Below, piece by piece: positions 1-4,017 of a stretch of 4,017 nucleotides of DNA. Origin of the DNA: a virus (Duplodnaviria; Heunggongvirae; Uroviricota; Caudoviricetes). The stretch is from the IMG/VR virus record IMGVR_UViG_2778261154_000011, one strand, 5' to 3'. The stretch's first letter is position 1. Every line of letters begins with the position of its first letter. The notes below the pieces were generated by a model. It was not told where the DNA came from, did no database searches, and saw only the letters and a program-made list of their open reading frames with translations. Both the position numbers and the translations under genes were made by a program.

Positions 1-1
1 G

Positions 2-196
2 GTGCTCGTCAAAGGAAAATGCCCTGTGCCATCCTCAGCCGAAACCTCCAGCGCCTCCGGCATGGGCAATGATGCCAGCGTCGAACTCTCTCCAGTTGCT
101 GGACGAAACGTTCTCGGTATCAGAGACGGAATCATCAGAGACCAGACAGCACTGAGAACGCTTCAGGAATACATCAGAACGCAGTGTCTGAATTAA
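2..196 (+). CDS. Rz: Rz-like i-spanin (lysis protein), C-terminal portion; 5' end lies upstream of the window
   Basis: Frame is open from the window edge to TAA at 194-196. The C-terminal residues ...KCPVPSSAETSSASGMGNDAS...ALRTLQEYIRTQCLN parallel the C-terminus of phage lambda Rz as I recall it (...CQSVREATTASGVDNAAS...LEGTQKYINEQCR). A proline-rich Rz1-like frame is nested inside it, as in lambda. Confidence 0.75.
   Translation: MLVKGKCPVPSSAETSSASGMGNDASVELSPVAGRNVLGIRDGIIRDQTALRTLQEYIRTQCLN
3..155 (+). CDS. Rz1: Rz1-like o-spanin (outer-membrane lipoprotein) embedded in a different frame of Rz; 5' end (signal peptide) upstream of the window
   Basis: Frame 3 translation is CSSKENALCHPQPKPPAPPAWAMMPASNSLQLLDETFSVSETESSETRQH with stop TGA at 153-155. 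The Cys-x-SK...Cys and proline-rich PPAPPAW core match the mature lambda Rz1 pattern as recalled (C-TSKQSVSQ-C-VKPPPPPAWIMQPP). The first Cys is probably the lipobox cysteine. Confidence 0.6.
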   Translation, partial: CSSKENALCHPQPKPPAPPAWAMMPASNSLQLLDETFSVSETESSETRQH

Positions 197-336
197 CGGA
201 GCTGGAATGAATGCTGTTTACCTGTTGCGGAAATAAAGATTGCATATTGCGACAATTTGTTGCATGTTTAAGGTGCGCTTTTCCAGAGCGTATGCGTACG
301 CACCGCATGAAGTACAACCACAGAGAGGCAACCATA

Positions 337-567
337 ATGGCAACAAGCATCCGTTTAGACGATGATTTCGTCAGTGACGTAAAGGTTCACGCTGATGCCG
401 CAAGTCGCAGCATACCAAAACAAATTGAGCACTGGGCTAAGATTGGTCGTATAGCTGAAGATAATCCAGATCTGCCATTCAGTTTTATTAGCGAAGTTCT
501 GCTGTCACAAAGCGAAATCAGACACAACAAGGTAACGCGTTATGTCAGAAGAACAGACAGGTCGTGA
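337..567 (+). CDS. Putative type II antitoxin, ribbon-helix-helix (CopG/ParD/RelB-like) fold, 76 aa
   Basis: ATG at 337 is preceded by GAGAGG (323-328) at good spacing. The N-terminus MATSIRLDDDFVSDVKVHADAASRSIPKQIEHWAKIGRIAEDN has the beta-strand plus two-helix layout typical of RHH DNA-binding antitoxins, followed by a C-terminal tail (PDLPFSFISEVLLSQSEIR...) of the kind that usually binds the toxin. It overlaps the downstream gene by 26 nt. The ORF-track start at 211 looks like an upstream extension without a ribosome-binding site. Confidence 0.6.
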   Translation: MATSIRLDDDFVSDVKVHADAASRSIPKQIEHWAKIGRIAEDNPDLPFSFISEVLLSQSEIRHNKVTRYVRRTDRS

Positions 568-871
568 AATTGATGTTTATCAGAGTCGGCGTTTCGAAAA
601 GTCTCTGAGTAAACTCCCGGAAGCGCAACTGAAAGTTGTGGAAGATGAGATCGACAGAATAATTGACAATCCTCTGTTGGGAACGCAAAAGAAAGGAGAC
701 CTCAGTTTTCTTCGTGTGCATAAATTTCAGCTGAATAATCAACAGGTGCTTCTGGGTTACAGCTGGCTTGACGATAAACTTGAGCTCTACCTCCTTAGCA
801 TCGGTCCACATGAAAATTTTTATACCGATCAGAAAAAACACCGAAAAGCTGATTTAAAACTCATCGGTTAG
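542..871 (+). CDS. Putative type II toxin of the RelE/ParE superfamily, 109 aa
   Basis: ATG at 542 has AAGG (529-532) upstream. Size, position directly downstream of and overlapping an RHH gene, and a C-terminal segment LELYLLSIGPHENFY resembling the RelE-family C-terminal beta-strand/active-site region (compare E. coli RelE ...VVFVISVGKRERSEVY, recalled) support the call. A terminator follows 21 nt downstream. Confidence 0.6.
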   Translation: MSEEQTGREIDVYQSRRFEKSLSKLPEAQLKVVEDEIDRIIDNPLLGTQKKGDLSFLRVHKFQLNNQQVLLGYSWLDDKLELYLLSIGPHENFYTDQKKHRKADLKLIG

Positions 872-891
872 TCCTGACGTCATGCATACCA

Positions 892-916
892 GCCCACGTA
901 AACGCGTGGGCTTTTT
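892..916 (+). terminator. Rho-independent terminator after the toxin gene
   Basis: GC-rich stem GCCCACG (892-898) pairs with CGTGGGC (905-911) around a 6-nt loop, immediately followed by TTTTT (912-916). Confidence 0.65.
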
Positions 917-1069
917 CATATCTGAATTTCACCGCGCACCGCAGCGCATGATAACCACCGAACCTGCCCCTTTGGAATGAGCCTTTGAGGATACCAGTTA
1001 GTGCTGGCGAGCCTCGGTGGGCTGGTTTCCTGTGCGGCAAAGGTTCATTTCAAAGAACAGGTATACGAC

Positions 1070-1567
1070 ATGAAATCATTAACCCTCTTCAATCAGCCAA
1101 TCCGTATCGGTGAAGATGGCATGATCTGCCTCACTGATATGTGGAAAGCCAGTGGTAAAAGTGAATCTGAATCTCCGTACCACTACCTGCGAAACAAGCA
1201 GACCAAAGAGTTCTTAGCCGAGCTGGAGAAAAACCACGAATCTGTGGTTTTTACTGAGCGCGGTGTACACGGTGGAACATATGGCGGGAAGTTTGTTGCT
1301 TATGATTATGCAGCATGGCTAAACCCCGGATTTAAATATGCAGCCTATAAAGTCCTGGATGACTACTTCACCGGAGAACTTCAGCATCGCAACAGCTTAA
1401 GTGCGCAGCTCAATATGAAGTGTCATGAGTTTGATCAGAAAAAAGATATGGCGAGCTTCTGTGGACAAGGGCTGGCGGCATGGCGCTATACGAAGCCAGT
1501 GTTGGTCGCTGAGATTAACTCCCTGGCTAACCAGCTGCAGATAACGATCCCCGGGCTTCCGGGATGA
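1070..1567 (+). CDS. KilA-N domain protein (phage DNA-binding/antirepressor-like N-terminal domain) with an uncharacterised C-terminal region, 165 aa
   Basis: The N-terminal half MKSLTLFNQPIRIGEDGMICLTDMWKASGKSESESPYHYLRNKQTKEFLAELEK...GGTYGGKFVAYDYAAWLNPGFKYAAYKVL fits the KilA-N (APSES-like) pattern as I recall it (conserved basic/Gly/aromatic positions, then G-T-W/Y...A...WL-P-F). ATG at 1070 places the domain at the N-terminus. The ORF-track GTG at 1001 would add 23 residues with no support. The stop TGA (1565-1567) overlaps the next ATG. Confidence 0.65.
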   Translation: MKSLTLFNQPIRIGEDGMICLTDMWKASGKSESESPYHYLRNKQTKEFLAELEKNHESVVFTERGVHGGTYGGKFVAYDYAAWLNPGFKYAAYKVLDDYFTGELQHRNSLSAQLNMKCHEFDQKKDMASFCGQGLAAWRYTKPVLVAEINSLANQLQITIPGLPG

Positions 1568-1821
1568 GTGATCGTGTCATTGAATGCGCCTCCAGAGCGG
1601 GGCGCGACTTCTCAGAGTTCATGAAAGGCGAGAAGGGCATGATGGAAGCATTGGCCTCGGTGGATGAGTTTGGCGAGCAGCTGCGCCTCAACGGCTGTGT
1701 CAATCATCACTTTGTTAGCTACATGATGCGGAACTCGATCATGCAGGCATTCATGGACATGGCAAAAGCCGAGAGGAAAGAAGAGCGCCGGCGTAAGCGA
1801 GCGGAAGCAAAAGCGAAGTAG
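1564..1821 (+). CDS. Small hypothetical protein (85 aa) with Lys/Arg/Glu-rich C-terminal tail; translationally coupled to the KilA-N gene
   Basis: ATGA overlap at 1564-1567 (start within the upstream stop). The C-terminus KAERKEERRRKRAEAKAK is strongly charged. No recognisable catalytic motif; Cys/His content is too sparse for an HNH fold. An alternative internal start at ATG 1642 is preceded by GAAGGG. Function unknown. Confidence 0.45.
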   Translation: MSDRVIECASRAGRDFSEFMKGEKGMMEALASVDEFGEQLRLNGCVNHHFVSYMMRNSIMQAFMDMAKAERKEERRRKRAEAKAK

Positions 1822-1860
1822 CCATTACAAAGCCCATCTACTGGTGGGCTTGATAATGGC
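1821..1860. repeat. Nested inverted repeat / stem-loop immediately after the small ORF stop
   Basis: Outer arms GCCATTA (1821-1827) and TAATGGC (1854-1860); inner arms AAGCCCA (1830-1836) and TGGGCTT (1845-1851); 8-nt loop. This gives a 14-bp interrupted stem. No strong T-tract follows, so it may be an RNA 3' stabiliser, a weak terminator or a protein-binding site. Confidence 0.4.
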
Positions 1861-1873
1861 TTATACCCTACAC

Positions 1874-1899
1874 GGGATAACTTAACTGATATCCCTTTT
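1874..1899 (+). terminator. Possible second hairpin followed by a T-run
   Basis: GGGATA (1874-1879) pairs with TATCCC (1890-1895) around a 10-nt loop, followed by TTTT (1896-1899). The stem is short and the loop large, so this is weak. Confidence 0.25.
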
Positions 1900-2209
1900 A
1901 ACGGATAAAGGTATTCAAGCCTGACACATCATGCGCTGTATCGTCGCTGTATTCCCGCATTAACCATGACCGTAGCCCGACGGGGAACTCCTTCTGCGCG
2001 AGTGTGCGGGAATAATCAAAAACGATGCACACCGGGTTTTTACCGCGTTTATGGTTCGCGGGTTTGTCCCTCATGCTCGCCAGTCCTGTGCGGGGGTGGA
2101 AGAAACAGGACACTTACACTGATTCTTGTGGGTACGATGCTATTCCTTTCTGGATTATCCCGATGTCATTCATGCAGGGCGCTGTATCAGACGTTCGTCA
2201 TGGCTGTCA

Positions 2210-2290
2210 GGCTGACGGGTCCTCCCGGTGGGGTGGCCTGCCACGGGGCGGGAGCGGCGCAGAATTTCACTATTTATGAAAATTTTTCGG
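2210..2290. other. cos site, cosN-proximal block (phage DNA packaging/cleavage site); predicted cosN about 2246-2257
   Basis: Window sequence GACGGGTCCTCCCGGTG...CCACG GGGCGGGAGCGG CGCAGAATTTCACTATTTATGAAAATTTTTCGG aligns with the lambda genome ends as I recall them (right end ...GACGGGTCCTTTCCGGTGATCCGACAGGTTACG joined to left end GGGCGGCGACCT CGCGGGTTTTCGCTATTTATGAAAATTTTCCGG). The block lies about 200 bp upstream of the Nu1-like start, as in lambda. The 12-mer at the cosN position shares only the first 6 nt with lambda. Confidence 0.6.
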
Positions 2291-2295
2291 AAACC

Positions 2296-2392
2296 ATGTC
2301 CGGTTTCTCTGAAGGTTAACCATTTGAAAAATATAGAAATGTGCTTTCTGCGAACCGGACATGCGCAAAAATTGAACACTCAAACCGGACAT
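2296..2392. repeat. cosB-like array: three copies of the 10-mer AACCGGACAT (one inverted, two direct), candidate small-terminase binding sites
   Basis: ATGTCCGGTT at 2296-2305 is the reverse complement of AACCGGACAT, which occurs exactly at 2353-2362 and 2383-2392. The direct copies are 30 bp apart. Position (between cosN and the Nu1-like gene) and arrangement (one inverted element, spacer with IHF-like site, two further elements) mimic lambda R3-I1-R2-R1. Confidence 0.5.
2317..2329 (-). promoter_or_regulatory. IHF-like binding site between the inverted and direct cosB elements
   Basis: The minus strand reads TTTCAAATGGTTA, matching the IHF consensus WATCAANNNNTTR with one mismatch, next to an A-rich tract (GAAAAATATAGAAAT). 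Confidence 0.3.
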
Positions 2393-2470
2393 ATATGCCG
2401 CGTTTCATAAAGTTGTTCGCAAGATGCATGTTTAAAACGCATGAGGGGAGATTTTTTGGCGAGGTGAACA

Positions 2471-2980
2471 GTGGCTACTCAGACTGAAGTTGCCAGGCAT
2501 TTGAGTCTGACCGATCGCCAGCTTCGCAGATTACAGAAACTGCCGGGTGCCCCGGTTTCGAACAAGCGAGGACAACTGGATCTGGATGCCTGGCGTGATT
2601 TTTACATATCGTATCTGAGAAGAAGTAAAAACGATGTGCCTGATGGTGATCCGGAAGAGGATTATGAAGAGAAACTACTCATTGCGAGATGGGAACTGAC
2701 CGCAGAACAGGCTGTCGCACAGCAGTTAAAAAATCAGGTGTCAAAAGGAAATCTTATTGATAGCGGATTTTGTATTTTTGCCCTTAGTAAGCTGGCGATG
2801 GCTTTATCCAGTACGCTTGACTCCATTCCTTTGTCCATGCAACGACAGTTCCCGGATTTAACGCCGCGTCATATTGATCATCTGAAAATCCTTATTGCTA
2901 AGGGAGCGAATCAGTGCGCGCGTGCGGGGGATAAATTACCGGATTTACTCGATGAATATATCAGAACAACAACTGAGTAA
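2471..2980 (+). CDS. nu1: Terminase small subunit, lambda Nu1-like, 169 aa
   Basis: GTG start at 2471 with GAGGTG (2461-2466) upstream and an in-frame TGA just before it. The C-terminal two-thirds are clearly similar to lambda Nu1 as recalled (window ...SGFCIFALSKLAMALSSTLDSIPLSMQRQFPDLTPRHIDHL...LPDLLDEYI versus lambda ...TAFCTFVLSRIAGEIASILDGLPLSVQRRFPELENRHVDFL...IPGLLSEYI). The N-terminal HTH region is diverged. It overlaps the large-subunit start by 29 nt, as in lambda. Confidence 0.9.
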   Translation: MATQTEVARHLSLTDRQLRRLQKLPGAPVSNKRGQLDLDAWRDFYISYLRRSKNDVPDGDPEEDYEEKLLIARWELTAEQAVAQQLKNQVSKGNLIDSGFCIFALSKLAMALSSTLDSIPLSMQRQFPDLTPRHIDHLKILIAKGANQCARAGDKLPDLLDEYIRTTTE

Positions 2981-3914
2981 TATGATGGTGGCAGTCACTA
3001 TCGCACTGCAGCCACTGGTCAGGGTATTGCCGGTGACGGCTGTAGAATGGGCCGATCAAAATTATTACCTGCCTAAAGAATCGTCATACGGTGAGGGGGA
3101 ATGGAAAACGCTGCCGTTTCAGGTCGCCATCATGAACTGCATGGGCAATGACGAGATTCGTACAGTTAACCTGATTAAATCTGCCCGTGTTGGTTATACA
3201 AAAATGGTGCTTGGTGTGATCGGGTATTTTATTGAGCACAAATCCCGCAACACTCTTCTTTTTCAGCCGACGGACTCAGCTGCTGAAGATTTTATGAAGT
3301 CTCACGTGGAAGCAACAATTCGTGATGTTCCTTGCCTGAAAAAACTTTCTCCCTGGCTGGGCCGGAAACACCGGGATAATACGCTCACACTGAAGCGTTT
3401 TTCCTCTGGTGTGGGGTTCTGGTGTTTGGGTGGTGCTGCTGCCAAAAACTACCGTGAAAAATCTGTCGATGTGGTCTGCTATGACGAACTCTCCTCGTTT
3501 GAACCGGATGTGGAAAAAGAAGGTTCGCCAACACTGCTTGGCGATAAACGTATTGAAGGTTCGGTATGGCCAAAATCCATACGCGGTTCAACGCCAAAAA
3601 TCAAAGGCTCCTGCCAGATTGAAAAAGCCGCGAATGAATCTGCACATTTCATGCGGTTTTATGTTCCTTGCCCTCATTGCGGGGAGGAGCAGTATCTGAA
3701 ATTTGGCGATGATGCGACGCCGTTTGGCCTGAAATGGGAGAAAGGCAAACCGGAAACGGTGTATTACCTGTGTGAACATAATGGTTGCGTGATCCGTCAG
3801 TCTGAACTTGATCAGACCGGGGGGCGCTGGATTTGTGACAATACCGGGATGTGGACGCGTGACGGCCTGACATTTTACAGCGTCGGTGATGAGGAGATAC
3901 CCCATAAGCGCTAA
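2952..3914 (+). pseudogene. A: Terminase large subunit (lambda gpA-like), N-terminal ATPase fragment of 320 aa; nuclease and portal-binding regions absent
   Basis: From ATG 2952 (MNISEQQLSNMM...) the product is near-collinear with lambda gpA as recalled (TAVEWADQNYYLPKES, KSARVGYTKM Walker-A-like, VVCYDEL Walker-B-like, GDKRIEGSVWPKSIRGSTPK, FMRFYVPCPHCGEEQYLKFGD, YYLCEHNGCVIRQSELD). Similarity ends at ...SVGDEEIPHKR followed by TAA at 3912-3914, whereas lambda gpA is about 640 aa. No downstream frame in the remaining 100 nt continues gpA. The ORF-track start at 2895 is an upstream extension. Confidence 0.8.
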
Positions 3915-4017
3915 CTTAAGGGTTGAACCATCTGAAGAATGCGACGCCTCGGTGCCTCGTTAAGACGATGCCTCGCGTTCTTCAATTGCGTTTTGTAGGC
4001 TGTCAGGGATACTGTCC

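Noticed and set aside
211-336. Upstream extension of the antitoxin ORF (start at 211)
   Set aside because: Cys-rich, atypical N-terminal extension with no ribosome-binding site; the internal ATG at 337 has a good GAGAGG site and yields a canonical RHH N-terminus.
545-841. 98-aa ORF on the minus strand
   Set aside because: Entirely antisense to the toxin gene, no recognisable motifs, low-complexity AT-rich translation; most likely a shadow ORF.
1001-1069. GTG-initiated extension of the KilA-N ORF, whose LVSC resembles a lipobox
   Set aside because: The preceding segment is too short and lacks a charged n-region for a lipoprotein signal peptide; KilA-N domains are normally N-terminal and cytoplasmic; ATG 1070 is preferred.
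872-1069. Sigma70 promoter for the KilA-N operon (TTGGAA at 972-977, and the palindromes TGACGTCA and ATGCAT at 875-888)
   Set aside because: No acceptable -10 element at proper spacing; the palindromes are short and could occur by chance.
1564-1821. HNH endonuclease (often found next to cos/terminase in cos phages) as identity of the small ORF
   Set aside because: No HNH-type His/Asn motif or paired Cys/His zinc ligands; only a charged C-terminal tail, so the call stays hypothetical.
1898-2410. Five mutually overlapping ORFs on both strands (1898-2113 -, 1966-2319 +, 2025-2279 +, 2170-2379 -, 2228-2410 +)
   Set aside because: They overlap each other and the cos site, have no convincing starts or ribosome-binding sites, and the region aligns with non-coding lambda cos flanks; treated as non-coding.
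2895-2951. Upstream extension of the gpA ORF (MLRERISARVRGINYRIYS)
   Set aside because: Homology to lambda gpA begins at MNIS (ATG 2952), and the overlap with the Nu1 stop then matches the lambda arrangement.
3385-3905. Four ORFs in alternate frames or on the opposite strand inside the gpA fragment (3385-3597 -, 3409-3699 +, 3588-3905 -, 3649-3873 -)
   Set aside because: They lie within a strongly supported coding frame and have low-complexity translations; shadow ORFs.
1-4017. CRISPR arrays, tRNA/rRNA genes, IS elements or integrase/att sites
   Set aside because: No regularly spaced direct repeats with spacers, no cloverleaf-compatible segments, no terminal inverted repeats or transposase-like ORFs were seen.

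Overview
This window reads as the late-region junction of a lambda-like (lambdoid) prophage on the + strand. In order: the 3' end of the lysis cassette (Rz i-spanin C-terminus with the embedded Rz1 o-spanin frame); a cargo block of about 1.7 kb with two two-gene modules (a ribbon-helix-helix antitoxin plus RelE/ParE-like toxin, then a KilA-N domain protein translationally coupled to a small basic protein); a cos packaging site; a Nu1-like terminase small subunit; and a terminase large subunit (gpA-like) that stops after about 320 aa, so it reads as an N-terminal fragment. The most interesting candidate for an undescribed system is the KilA-N + small basic protein pair, with the adjacent toxin-antitoxin pair second; both sit where lambda carries accessory genes such as bor. 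All homology statements rest on my recollection of lambda protein and cos sequences and on motif inspection; no database search or computation was run. No tRNA, rRNA, CRISPR array or IS element was recognised.
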